DNA from: Octopus sinensis
Lineage: Eukaryota
Assembly: GCF_006345805.1 (NCBI RefSeq)
Contig: NC_043001.1
Coordinates: 92,132,001-92,196,000, forward strand
DNA length: 64,000 bases
Direction: 5' to 3'
Made by a program: the position numbers and the translations under genes. Below, one piece after another: positions 12,022-24,359 of this stretch. Each line of letters starts with the position of its first letter. The stretch's first letter is position 1. The notes under the pieces are model-generated. The model ran no database searches. It was given only the letters and a program-made list of their open reading frames with translations, and was not told the DNA's origin.

Positions 12022-12480
12022 AGCGTCGAGCTGGCAGAACCGTTAGCACGCCGGGCGAAATGCGTAGCCGTATTTCGTCTGCCGTTACGTTCTGAGTTCA
12101 AATTCCGCCGAGGTCGACTTTGCCTTTCATCATTTAGGGGTCAATTAAATTAGTACTAGTTACACACTGGGGTCGATGTAATCGACTTAATCCGTGTGTC
12201 TGTCCTTGTTTGTCTCCTCTGAGTTTAGCCCCTTGTGGGTAGTAAAGAAATAGGTATTTCGTCTGTCGTTCAGTTCTGAGTTAAAATTCCGCCGAGGTCG
12301 ACTTAACCTTTCATCCTTTCCTGGTCGATAAATTAAGTACCAGTTGCGTACTGTGGTCGATATAATCCGCCGAGGTCGACTTTGCCTTTCATCCTAAGTT
12401 CCAGTAGAGTACCAGAATCGATGTATTCGACTTTCACCCTCCTCGAAATTGCTGGCCTTGTGCCAAAATTTGAAGCCAAT
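12022..12480 (+). mobile_element. SINE-A multimer (3 body units)
   Basis: Head plus repeated CCGCCGAGGTCGACTT units. Confidence 0.9.
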
Positions 12481-12496
12481 ATATATATTCACTGCA

Positions 12497-12692
12497 AGGC
12501 GGTAAGCTGGCAGAATCGTTAGTAACCGGAGCAGAACGCTTAGTGGCATTTCGTCTATCTTTGTGGTCTGAATTCAAACTGCTCCGAGGTCGACTTCGCC
12601 TTTCATCCTTTCGGGATCGATAAAATAAGTACCAGTTGCGTATTGAAATCGATTACTGGGTCTACTGGCTTTGTGTGAAAATTTGAAATCAT
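12497..12692 (+). mobile_element. SINE-A, older subfamily
   Basis: AAGGCGGTAAGCTGGCAGAATCGTTAG...CCTTTCATCCTTTCGGGATCGATAAAATAAGTACCAG. Confidence 0.8.
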
Positions 12693-13154
12693 TATGTCGT
12701 GAATAAGACAATGGTGTAAAAATTGTCACAGAAAAACAAATACTTTTGCTCAGCTTAAGCATTATGCGCTGATTGACTACAAAAAAAAAAAAAAGATGAC
12801 TGGAAATTGACTTCCTTTTTTAGATAAACTGCAAGTATTAAGTATTTTGTCGTGTCTTTTGTCAAGACTCAATCCTACATAACTGATAATGCAGCCTCTA
12901 TGCGTTCCTTTAAGCTGCAATTTATAGCCTAAACCAAAGTAAGATCTTTTGTGTGGTCGCTTCACCTAGTACATATATCGCTCAAATCACAGCCGACTAC
13001 CCTAAAAGATTAGATAGAACACATTAGCTAAAATAGTACCACAATTCTCTTAAAATGGAATTGTTGCTGCGGGAACGCATATGATTTTATATTTATTCAA
13101 TCATTTGAGCTATGTCATTGTTATGTTATGTTTCAATCAAAGGCCAATTCTAAT

Positions 13155-13655
13155 CATCATTATCATCATCATCGTTTAACGTCTGCTTTCCTTGCTGGCA
13201 TGGGCTGGATGGTTTGACATGGAGCTGGCTTGATGCGAGCTGTCCAGACTCCAGCTATCTGTTGGAGCATGGTTTCCACGGCTGAACGCCTGCAGAAACC
13301 ATGCCTCTGGACTGCTCCTTGCTAACCAGCTCCATGTCAAACCTATTTCTTTATTATCCACAAGGGGCTAAACATAGAGGGGACAAACAAGGACTGACAT
13401 AGGTATTAAGTCGATTACATCGACCCCAGTGCGTGACTGGTACTTAATTTATCGACCCCGAAAGGATGAAAGGCAAAGTTGACCTCGGCGGAATTTGAAC
13501 TCAGAACGCAACGGCAGACGAAATACCGCTAAGCATTTCGCCCGGTGTGCTAACGTTTCTGCCAGCTCGCCACCTAACCGTCCATCCCATGCCAGCACGG
13601 AAAAAGGAAGTTAAATGATGATGATGATGATGATATGATGGATGATGATGATGAG
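13155..13655. mobile_element. Foldback element with (CAT)n-ended inverted termini, interrupted by SINE-A
   Basis: 13155-13229 is the reverse complement of 13326-13343 plus 13576-13640. Confidence 0.7.
13344..13575 (-). mobile_element. SINE-A nested insertion
   Basis: Full reverse complement; AACC duplicated at both sides. Confidence 0.9.
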
Positions 13656-14027
13656 GAGGAGGAGGAGGAGGAGGAGGAGGGCTGGACTTTGAATGAAACA
13701 CTACATAGCAATGATATAGCTCAGATGAGCTAATAATCGAAAATGACGAGCACATCTTGAAGTGCTGAATCCATTAGACTGTTGTCTATTTCAATAGAAT
13801 ATTCATCTGTCATGTATTAACGCTTCTGAGTCTAGAGAATAGATCCACGAGTAATATATAGAATAAATTTCGAACTCTACCTTATGGTGATAGATAGTAC
13901 AATCAATAGAATATCTTGTGGTATTTTTTTTCAATCCAGTTGCGTCCTGGTTTCAAACCCAACAGTGGTTGAATTTGTAATTCATTATTCTAGTATTAAT
14001 AAAATAACTACTTATCAAGTACTGATA

Positions 14028-14448
14028 TTTACTCTTTTATTTGTTTCAGTCATTTGACTGCGGACATCCTGGAGCACCGCCTTTTAGTCGAGCAAATCGA
14101 CCCCAGGACTTATTCTTTGTAAGCCTAGTACTTATTCTATCGTTCGCTCTTGCCGAACCGCTAAGTTACGGGGACGTAAACACACTAGCATCGGTTGTCA
14201 AGCGATGTTAGAGGGACAAACACAGACACAAACACACAGATACACACACACACACACACACACATATACATATACATATATACGACGGGCTTCTTTCAGT
14301 TTCCGCCTACCAGATCCACTCACAAGGCTTTGTGGCTATAGTAGGCTATAGTAGAAGACACTTGCCCAAAGTGCCACGCAGTAGGACTGAACCCGGAACC
14401 ATGTGGTTGGTAAGCAAGCTACTTACTACACATTCACTCCTGCGCCTA
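14028..14448 (-). mobile_element. SINE-B full length
   Basis: Consensus match; 8-bp TSD TGATATTT (14023-14030 / 14449-14456). Confidence 0.9.
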
Positions 14449-14938
14449 TGATATTTGTTCAATTTCCTCGATACCAACCGTCTTTTCTTATACATTTGAA
14501 AAGATCTCCAATCAATATTTATTTTTCTTTGAAGACATTTTTAGAACTGAAACAAGGCTAACTTCATATTTAGAAAATGCATCATTGTAAGCGACATGTT
14601 ATAATATTTATCATAAAATTACGCAATGAACAACAAATCTTGGTCGACATATATTAGGTACTTAGAACAAATAGCAGAACCTGCAACCCACAAAAATAAT
14701 TATTAAATTCTTTTACTTTACCCCATCTATATTACCTACCATATATGAGGAACCAAAAGAGAATTTACAACCATAAAACTTTATTCAACTTGGCAATCTC
14801 AATCCTCACAGCATCACCACAGAGAAACATGCCCAATTCTTATGAGAAACTATGATTTAAAGCAAATATATACAAAATAATATTTCGTTTTGGGATTTGG
14901 TTTGCAAGATTCTTTATATGAGTTCGTGTGTTGAAGCA

Positions 14939-15171
14939 TATTCTGTTGTGTCTGGGGAGAGTCATTTTCTTTTTGTGCCTTATAATGTAACACACTCACC
15001 GGTAAAATTTCCCCTTATTTCTTATTTTTATTTTCCTAAAATTTTCGTTGCGTCTTGCAACCTTTTCAACAGTCTTGGAAAATAAAAATAAGAAATAAGT
15101 GGAAATTTACCAGTGAGTATGTTAAATTATAAGGCACAAAAAGAAAATGACTCTCCCCAGACACCAGAATA
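14939..15171. mobile_element. Foldback/MITE-like hairpin element
   Basis: ~95-bp inverted arms (TATTCTG...TCTGGGGAGAGTCATTTTC... / ...GAAAATGACTCTCCCCAGAC...CAGAATA) around a 40-nt core; half copy at 48199-48338. Confidence 0.85.
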
Positions 15172-17090
15172 TACAAAATAATATATTGAAAACGTATGTC
15201 ATATTTTGTATCAAAGTCATTCGTCGTACATGTATGATCTACCCACTAATAATTTGTTCTATTATCTTTATATAATGGAATGGAATAATACAAAAATATA
15301 AATAGTGTGTGTTATATTTAAAATGCATTTATATCCCAGCAACGAAACAAATGTTTCACCTTATACATACAACTTCAGATCAAGTCACTTGTCAAATAAG
15401 TACAACTTCCGAACAAATAGAAAAGTGTTTTAGATTAATGTTGATTTCTTTCAAAGAGCTACAAGAAATAAAATATGAAATGGCGGAAGTATGGCAGATT
15501 GCATAAAAAAAAAAACGATATATTTAAATGATATAAATGCTATCGAGTCTGAAGAATAAGAAGAACTTTGAACGAAGTTGAATGAAACTAAATATTGCAA
15601 AAAACTCAGTTTTGTAAAATAATCCACTTAACAGAACATTAATAACGGAATGGATTAAAATATCTAAAAATATAAATGAAAAGTTAACAGCTATAAAACA
15701 GACATGTACAATATGTTGAAACACTTTAGTTAAGACCAACGAATAAAAATATTTAGACGTGACCAATGAGAACCAAGGATATTGAAAATCAAAGATTTGA
15801 ACTTCTTGTCACTTCTATTAGCACCGTTAGTTAAGACAGTTAACTATACATCATCTGGGAATTGGGTCAAGTAGCCCCAGAAATGTCGATGAAATTGATC
15901 ACGTGTAAAGGTAATATTGCGAATTTAATGTTCCAAATCCTAACTGACATTTTAAAAATAACGTAAGAATAAAAGACGGAAAATTAGAACGCAGTCTGTT
16001 TTTTCGTTTAACAGTTTTAAAATAAGCTGTCACCGGTAACCTATAACACACACAAATACACATATGCAGACTAAAATACACATGCGTTCGCGCACAGACG
16101 CATACATAAGCGCACAAACAAATGCACACATATAAACATATATATAGATACACACACATATAAACCACTGTGTGGTTAAATATACAATTAGTGGTAGAAG
16201 TTTACAGATGATGAGTTTAACGTAGGACTGACTGTTACACAGTACCCAAGATTTGGATCATATGCCAAAGCAGATTTTGTTTCTGGCTCAAAGCTAAATA
16301 TTAGCAATCCTATTCGTTTGTTTTCATCTCTAGGCCTTAAGGAGAGTTTTAAATATTTTTTTAAACTTAAAATAAAGATATTGAAAACTGGAGCAGTCCC
16401 TTGGCTTTTGTAATCATTTCTAGACTACCATGAAAGATGGACATTTTGAAATTCTATCGTTTCATAACAGTAATGTAAAAAGTATAAAGGTGGCACGTCC
16501 ATATCGCTGCAGTCATGAGTGGGAACGAATATAGGGGAATACTGTTCAGAAATAGGAATTCTCGTGTGGACGTATTATTGTTTTGGTATGTATAGTGAGT
16601 GTAACTGTGAATATACGTAGGATAGAAAGCTTGAGATTAACGTCACTAGTTTCCAGTCTTCTAAGAACTTAAACTGAGGGAAAGTGTCCGCCAAAAAATA
16701 TAAATTCCACAATGTAGAAAAAATTGTATATTGATATATAAAAAATGTATATACTACATAGAGTTTTTGAAATTCTCATGATGTCAACAATAATGATGTC
16801 AACCAGAATTCTCGCTGGTAAAAATAAAGTTTCTAAAATTGAGAGAATTCGAAATATTACTTTATTTCAATGGTAGAAAGTCTATCATGTCTACAACAGA
16901 TGTGGGTTCAAGTTTCACCGGTAGCTTTCGCTTCCCCTTTTATCCAAAATGTATTTTCAACCCAATTTTCCATGCTATTCTGTATACGTATGTGCGATGT
17001 GCTTCGGGAACCATTATTCCAACAAAGAATTACTTTATGTTCTCTCAAAGATTTATAAAATTCTTATGACCTCAACAATATACATATACA

Positions 17091-18289
17091 TATCGGATTG
17101 AGGAATAATTCCTGAGCGTTTTCTTTTTCAAATTTAAAAAGGCACACAGAAATAAAGTGTATAGCAAAATGTTTTATGTTATTTGAAAGAATTCTATTGA
17201 TTTTTGTGCATTTTCAGATCATTAAAATGGAATATCAAATGGAATGGACAAAACAGAACATTTTCGACACCATTTGCTTCTTGCATTTAATCGAGGTGTT
17301 AAGGTCGCCAGATCTGCTCGTAGGATTTGAGCTGTGTATGGAGAAGGGGCAATGCTCAAAGTTCCGCCCGCCGTTGGTTTTCGCGTTTCAAAAATGGGAA
17401 TTTTGACCCCAAGGAGGGATCACACACCGAGTGACTAATTGAGTTCGATGAAGAGCGATTGAATCAACTTCTTCACGAAAATACACTTCAAACCACCAGA
17501 GAATAGGCAGAGCAGATGGATTGTGATGAAAAAACTGTGGTGAACTACCTCCACTCAATGGGCAAGGTTCAGAAACTCGACGCTCGGGAACCACACACTT
17601 TGAGCGAAAACAACAAAAATCAACGCTCCCCAATCGCCACCAGTTTGCTCGCTCGGCTCACTCAACACATGGTCACAAACAGCGTTTACTTTATCGCATT
17701 ATCACTGGCGATTAGAAATGGTGCCTTTACATCATTATGAAACAGCGAAAAGAATGGCTCAGCCCCGACAAACAAGCGACTGCGTGAGCAAAGCAAGACC
17801 TTCATCCTCGAAACACCGTGTTGTGTATATGGTGGTGCTGGGAAGGCACAATTCATTACGAACTGCTTAAGCACACTCAATGCGGAGCTCTACGCTCAAC
17901 AACTGTACCCACTCAAAGAAGCAATTCAGCAAATAAGACCGGATAGGCGAAATGACGTTCATCTGCAACACAACAACGCCCTTCCTCACATCGCCAATAT
18001 GACCAAGGCCACGATTCAAGTGCTGTCTCATCCGCCACACTCTCCAAACTTTGTCCCGTCAGATTTTCATCTCGAACGCTTTGCACGGTGTATCGTTCAA
18101 TAATGACATGGAATTGAGGGCTTGGTTGGACGAATTCTTTGAGTCAAGGACCGGGAAATTTCAATCGCTGAGGCATGGAAAAACTTATTGAACGATGGGA
18201 GGAAATCGTAAACAACGACGGAGAGTATATTATTGATTTAAAATAAATTTGAAGAAAAAAGCGCTTATGAATTATTCCTCAACCCAATA
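17091..18289 (+). mobile_element. Mariner (DD34D-type) transposon, near full length, decayed
   Basis: TIRs TATCGGATTGAGGAATAATTCCTGAGCG / CGCTTATGAATTATTCCTCAACCCAATA; frameshifted transposase with HTH region, LHSMGKVQKL, YELL, HPPHSPNFVPSDFHL. Confidence 0.9.
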
Positions 18290-18329
18290 TATATATATAT
18301 ATATATATACATACAATAATATATCTATT

Positions 18330-18364
<35 letters not shown>

Positions 18365-18560
18365 TATATATATGCATGTATGTATGTATGTATGTCTATA
18401 TATATATACATACACATATTTGTATATGTGTATATATATATTATTATATATATAATATATACATACATGCCTGTTTATACCATACACACATTATATATAT
18501 ATATATATATAGATATTATAATATATATATATATATATATATAATCATATATATTATATA
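18285..18560. repeat. (TA)n compound microsatellite
   Basis: Direct inspection. Confidence 0.9.
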
Positions 18561-18665
18561 CTCTATGTTTATCACACACACACGCACATTCTCTCCTGAT
18601 GACCCATACACTGCTAGCTCCGATATACTGGTAGCACTTGCATGTGCAAGTTTTGCAAGACATTT

Positions 18666-18709
<44 letters not shown>

Positions 18710-19189
18710 CATGTGTGTGTGTATAAACATTAGAGTATCTCTTTCTCACACAATATGCCGAGCGCAAGGTACATAAAAACCAACTGAGAATAGAAGAAAT
18801 TCTCAAAGTGACTAAAGGAATATCTAATTCACGCAACGCCATCTTACTAGGCGTTTGTCAAGGCCATACAAATTCACTGTAGATATTTGCTGCGTAAAAT
18901 TGCACCAAGCCAAGCATGACGGTCTGTTGTCACCTGCACTAGTTGCCCCTTTTGGCTTGCAGTCACTACCTTAGAAGTTGTGGAAATAACAGCTACTGAT
19001 CTTGCAATGTCTTTTACTTTTAATGAATGGAATGAAAAGCAGACCAGTATATCATTCGTAAAGCATTATTCTGGTTTTAGTCAAACTCCTTTATTTAAAA
19101 ATGAATACTTTTATCTTTTATTTGTTTTCGTTATGAGACTGCGGCCATAATGGGGCATTGCCATGAAGGATTTTAGTCGAACATATTCA

Positions 19190-19479
19190 TTTATTCTTTT
19201 ACTTGTTTCAGTCATTTAACTGTGGCCATGCTGGAGCCCCGCCTTTAGTCGAGCAAATCGACCCCCAGGATTTATTCTTTGTAAGCCTAGTACTTATTCC
19301 ATCGGTCTCTTATACGACGGGCTTCTTTCAGTTTCCGTCTACCAAATCCACTCACAAGGCTTTGGTCGGACCAAGGCTATAGTAGAAGACACTTGCCCAA
19401 GGTGTCACGCAGTGGGACTGAACCCGGAACCATGTGGTTCGTAAGCAAGCAACTTACCACACAGTCACTCCTACGCCTA
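19190..19479 (-). mobile_element. SINE-B with internal deletion (microsatellite part lost)
   Basis: Junction GGTCTCTTATACGACGGGC joins the 3' and 5' halves. Confidence 0.85.
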
Positions 19480-19532
19480 GCTACTTACCACACAATATAC
19501 GTGCATACAAGAATTTTAAAGCTTGTTACTTA

Positions 19533-19757
19533 TTGTATCGGTGTCTTTTGCTGAACCACTAAGTTACTGACACAGAAACACGCCAACATCGCGTTTGAAG
19601 CCGTGCTGGGGACAAATACAAACACAAAGATTACACACACCACACACACACACATATGTAGGTATGTGTACATATATATATTTATATATATTTTTATATA
19701 CACATATATTTCTATATACATGCATACATGCATACATGCATACATACATACATACAT

Positions 19758-19788
<31 letters not shown>

Positions 19789-19796
19789 ACACACAC

Positions 19797-19846
<50 letters not shown>

Positions 19847-19878
19847 ACGGACTTCTTTCAGTTTCTGTCTATCAAATT
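19533..19878 (-). mobile_element. SINE-B, degenerate, with expanded internal (CA)n
   Basis: Flanking halves recognisable around the microsatellite. Confidence 0.7.
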
Positions 19879-20127
19879 GTAAAGTGCACTGCTAACACAG
19901 CAGAACACGGTTTTGACATAAAAACAAACTTTTAATATACTTTATAGAATACTATGGTTGCATAACGAAATACCGCGTCATTCAGTTGTTTGACCAAATG
20001 ATTTTATTCTCTTGAAAAATCAACGTGTAAGCGCCTGAGTATTCCTTATATATGTGTACTCGACACTTTTATTCTGTGCCGAATAATTGTGACACAATGT
20101 GTTAACACTAGAACTTTGAATTACGCG

Positions 20128-20288
20128 TGTGATTCAGTGCCACGTAGCAAAAAGTTCGCTTTCCAATCACATGGTCCCAGGATCAGTTCCACTGAGTGGC
20201 AACATGGTCAAATGTCTACGACTATTGCCCCTGATCGATCAATACCTTGCGAAAGGATTTCGTAGACAGAAACTGAAAGACGCCCGTC
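20128..20288 (+). mobile_element. SINE-B 5' half, degenerate
   Basis: CACATGGTCCCAGGATCAGTTCCACTG...GAAACTGAAAGACGCCCGTC. Confidence 0.7.
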
Positions 20289-20335
20289 ATACACATACAC
20301 GCGCGCATATCACACACACACACACACACACACAC

Positions 20336-20376
<41 letters not shown>

Positions 20377-20489
20377 GCACACGCACGCACACACACACAC
20401 CACACACACACACACCACACACACACACACAAACACATAACTATTAGACGTTGCAGTATGGTAAGAAGCTTGCTTCTTACCATACTGAA

Positions 20490-20912
20490 AAGCGGCGAGC
20501 TAGCAGAAAGGTTAGCACGCGGGGCGAAATGCTTAGCAGTATTTCGTCTGTCGATGCGTTCTGAGTTCAAATTATGCCGAGGTCGACTTTGCCTTTCATC
20601 TTTTCGGGGTCGATTAAATAAATACCAGTTACGCACTGGGGTCGATATAATCGACTTAATCCGTCTGTCTGTCCTTGTTTGTCTCCTTTGTGTTTACCCC
20701 CTTGTGGGTAGTAAAGAAATAGAAATAGGTACTTCATCGGCCTCTGCGTTCTGAGTTCAAATTCCGCTGAGGTCGACTTTGCCTTTCATCCTTTCGGGGT
20801 CGATAAATTAAGTACCAGTTACGCACTGGGGTCGATGTAATCGACTTGATAACTATGTCTGTCCTTGTTTGTCTCCTCTATGTTTAACCCCTTGTGGGCA
20901 ATAAAGAAATAA
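20490..20912 (+). mobile_element. SINE-A dimer inserted into a SINE-B head
   Basis: 15-bp TSD TAAGAAGCTTGCTTC (20462-20476 / 20910-20924); SINE-B resumes at 20910-21045. Confidence 0.9.
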
Positions 20913-21064
20913 GAAGCTTGCTTCCCATTTACCTGGTTCTGGGTTCAGTCTCACTGTGTGTCACCTTGGAGAAGTACCATCTACTACAGCCTCGGGCTCA
21001 CTAAAACTCTGTGAGTGGATTTGATAGACGCAAACTGAAAGCATCGTGTGTGTTTGTATATATA

Positions 21065-21098
<34 letters not shown>

Positions 21099-21201
21099 TC
21101 CAAATCTCTCAACGAGAGACATTCAGTAACAGTACTTTAAAGTAAAGACTGTTTGCCAACAATATGTGGCAGTCCCGGTTGAGACAAATGTTACTGTTGT
21201 T

Positions 21202-21374
21202 TATATTTTCGAACAGGGACATTCGGCATCCTCACTCTGCACAAAGCAATACCTGCGGACCGCTGAGGTTTCCGGGTTATTTCCCTTCCTCGGCACGGAA
21301 TAACTGCTCGGCTAAAGTGGCTGATATTGCCTTGTACTGAGTGACGATGCTGAACTCCCCTGTTCGAAAATATA
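21202..21374. mobile_element. 173-bp MITE
   Basis: Perfect 17-bp TIR TATATTTTCGAACAGGG / CCCTGTTCGAAAATATA, imperfectly extending to ~30 bp. Confidence 0.75.
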
Positions 21375-21831
21375 AGGACACAGATATTTCTGGTGGTCTT
21401 AAGTATGAAAAAAAATTATTAATGATTCATATAGAACTACATTCAGAGTATGTCTATAAGCTATTGTGTTTAGACCTGGTTTCTATCCTCAAACTGTTCC
21501 GTTTTGTAGATGGAATTTTTTTTTTTAATAAAGCTCTCCGAAATAAAACTCAAAAATCTGCAACAATCTCGGTCCTATGAGTATCGGATAATGGATTTTC
21601 AACTGTGTAAAGAAACTGATTGTGGTGAAAGCAGAGACAGTGCTGATGATGACGATGGTCGAGATAAGTATGGGAGGATGTTGTTTTTGCCGGCGTTGGT
21701 TTGAAAAATTGGGCGATTTTCAGTACGCGTGTATATGGGTGGAAATGAGCTGCTTGGCGGAGGTCTGCGCTCTCCAAGTGCTTTTGTTGTTATTGCTGTA
21801 TTTGTGTATGTAATACTTCATGTTGTTAGAT

Positions 21832-21857
21832 GTAGCGGAAACTGAAAGAAGCCTGTC

Positions 21858-21892
<35 letters not shown>

Positions 21893-22055
21893 TATCTATA
21901 TATATATGTATGTGTATTGTGTTCTGTGTGTGTGGTCCTCCTCCCACCCTTGCTTGACAACCGATGCTGGTGTGTTTACGTCACCGTAACTTAGCGGTTC
22001 TACAAAGAGACCGATAGAATATGTTGTAGGCTTACAAAGTTTTGGGGTCGATTTG
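21832..22055 (+). mobile_element. SINE-B partial
   Basis: GGAAACTGAAAGAAGCC...(TA)n...GCTTGACAACCGATGCTGGTG. Confidence 0.8.
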
Positions 22056-22453
22056 TGTGAGTGTGTGTGTTGATGTGTGTGCTTTTATGAATGTGTTTAC
22101 TCCAGTATGGCGGCAGTGTAAATAACTAAAGCAAGTAAAAGCTAAAGGATATATCGTTTGTGAAACGTTGGATCAGGAAGCAGATAAAGCTATAAATAAT
22201 AGCGTCTACTGGATATGTGCGTATGTGTCCTATGAGCCAGCTTCACTTTTCTTTTTTCCAAAGGGTTTTTAGCCCAATACTTATACGCTACTATTTATAG
22301 CTTTATCAGCTTCGAGGTTCATCATTCTGAAAGAATTCTAAATTTTTATGACACAAACTATACTTGCGTGCGTGCGTGCATGCGTGCGTGCGTGCGCGTG
22401 CATGTGTGTGTGTGGTGTGTGTGAGTGAGTGACAGTGTGTGTGCGTGCGTGTG

Positions 22454-22492
<39 letters not shown>

Positions 22493-22559
22493 TATGTGTG
22501 TGTGTATGCCTGTGTCTCTGTGTGTTTTTCCCCCACGTGTATATGTATATATGCATATA

Positions 22560-22782
22560 TACGAGGGGGTGCTGAAATGTTCCTGGCTGTGGGTAACAGT
22601 GAAATACAGGAGGATCAGTTAATTATGATTTTATGCCACATATTCCCCTCTCAGATTCACACACTTATTGCAGCGGTCCTTCAGTTTTTCTAAGGCCCTG
22701 TAAAAGAATTTGGAAGGTTAAGCCTCCAGCCAAGCCTTTCGCCAGACACTTGTAGCCAGCAACTTTTCAACACACCCTCGTA
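22560..22782 (-). mobile_element. Mariner internal-deletion derivative (MITE)
   Basis: TIRs TACGAGGGGGTGCTGAAA / TTTCAACACACCCTCGTA; minus strand retains transposase end NKCVNLRGEYV. Confidence 0.85.
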
Positions 22783-22842
22783 TATATGCATGTGTGTGTG
22801 TGTGTGTGTTATGTAAACGTATATATATATATGTGTGTGTGT

Positions 22843-23148
22843 GGAGGTGCAATGGCCCAGTGGTTAGGACAGCGGACTCGCGGTTGTAGGATCGCGGTTT
22901 CGATTCCCAGACCGGACCTTGTGAGTGTTTATTGAGCGAAAACATCTAAAGCTCCCCGAGGCTCCGGCAGGGCGTGGTGGTGATCCCTGCTGTACTCTTT
23001 CGCCACAACTTTGTCTCACTCTTTCTTCTGTTGGCCTGCTCGCTTAGCCAGCGGGGTGGCGTCATTTGAAGGCTAAAACAATGCAAAGCGCATTGTGACT
23101 AGCGATGTGTAGCAACATCTGATAGCCTGGTTGCTCACGGTGATCACG

Positions 23149-23152
<4 letters not shown>
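22843..23152 (+). mobile_element. SINE-C (tRNA-like head), tail type 1
   Basis: GGAGGTGCAATGGCCCAGTGGTTAGG...GGTTTCGATTCCC; tail ...GATAGCCTGG...CACGGTGATCACGGTGA. Confidence 0.9.
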
Positions 23153-23190
<38 letters not shown>

Positions 23191-23219
23191 TATATATATA
23201 TATATATACATATATATAT

Positions 23220-23272
23220 GATAGAAGAAAGAGAGAGGGATAGAGAAAACGAAAGAAGAAAGAGGAAAGGAA

Positions 23273-23320
<48 letters not shown>

Positions 23321-23400
23321 GAGAAAAAGAAAAGACAATGAAAGAAAGGAAGAAAGGAAGGAAGGAACAAATAAACAAGCAAATGAATAAATAGATAAAT
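23220..23400. repeat. Purine-rich (AAAG)n tract
   Basis: Direct inspection. Confidence 0.9.
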
Positions 23401-23674
23401 ACATAAACCATCTCCAATATTGTGTTAGTACTTATTTATTGATTTTGAAAGGGAGAAACCAACCGAGCAAATCTGAGAGTGGATCGAATACCTCTGGGTA
23501 TTCTTTCCAACTCTTTAATGATTCACCCCATTCACTGCCATGTTAACAGCATGCGGTCTCGCTGTCATCGTCGTCGCCGCCGCCGCCGACGTCATCACCA
23601 TCGTCCTCGATGTTATCATGTCCAGCGTCAGAACCAGTAAGAGCAGCACCATTATTAGCCGGACCAATGCCACG

Positions 23675-23780
23675 TGACAGCGAGCTAAGTAGGGAAACTC
23701 TACGTGACTATTGTACTTAGAGGAAAGAGCAGCAACATCTTCCTCAAATCAACCATGTAAGGCATTAAAAAAAGGCTGGT
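23675..23780 (+). repeat. Old interspersed repeat remnant (working name SINE-D)
   Basis: GCAGCAACATCTTCCTCAAATC resembles 37255-37300 (+) and reverse-complement GATTTGGTTGCTATTTCTA at 28745 and 34545. Confidence 0.4.
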
Positions 23781-23826
23781 AATTCGTGTTAAAACTGTAT
23801 TCGAAATAAGGCAAAAAAAAAAAAAA

Positions 23827-23994
23827 AGGCGCAGGAGTGGGTGCGTAGTAAGTAGCTTACTTACCAACCACATGGTTACGGGTTCAGTTCAACTACGTGG
23901 CACCTTGGGCAAGTCTCTTCTACTATAGCCTCGGGCCGACCAAAGCGTTGTAAGTGGATTCGGTAGGCGGAAACTGGAAGAAGCCCGTCGTATA

Positions 23995-24063
<69 letters not shown>

Positions 24064-24268
24064 TGTGTATGTGTGTGTGTGTGTGTCTGTTTGTCCCCCA
24101 GCATCGCTTGACAACCGATGCTGGTGTGTTTACCTCCCCGTAAGTTAGCGGTTCGGCAAAAGAGCCGATAGAATAAGTACTAGGCTTACAAAGAATAAGC
24201 TCTCGGGTCGATTTGCTCCAGCATGGCCGCAGTCAAATGACAGAAACAAGTAAAAGAGTAAAAGAGTA
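23827..24268 (+). mobile_element. SINE-B full length
   Basis: Consensus match with internal (TA)n(TG)n. Confidence 0.9.
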
Positions 24269-24359
24269 TATCGGCAGCTAAGATATTTTTAAACATAGGA
24301 CTGATTAATTAGGGACGATTAGGGGATGAAAGTATACAAAAAAAAAAACACAAGCACCA

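Noticed and set aside
22843-22920. tRNA gene calls for SINE heads (also 35641, 6040, 59518)
   Set aside because: Acceptor stems incomplete; heads are fused to SINE bodies and multi-copy.
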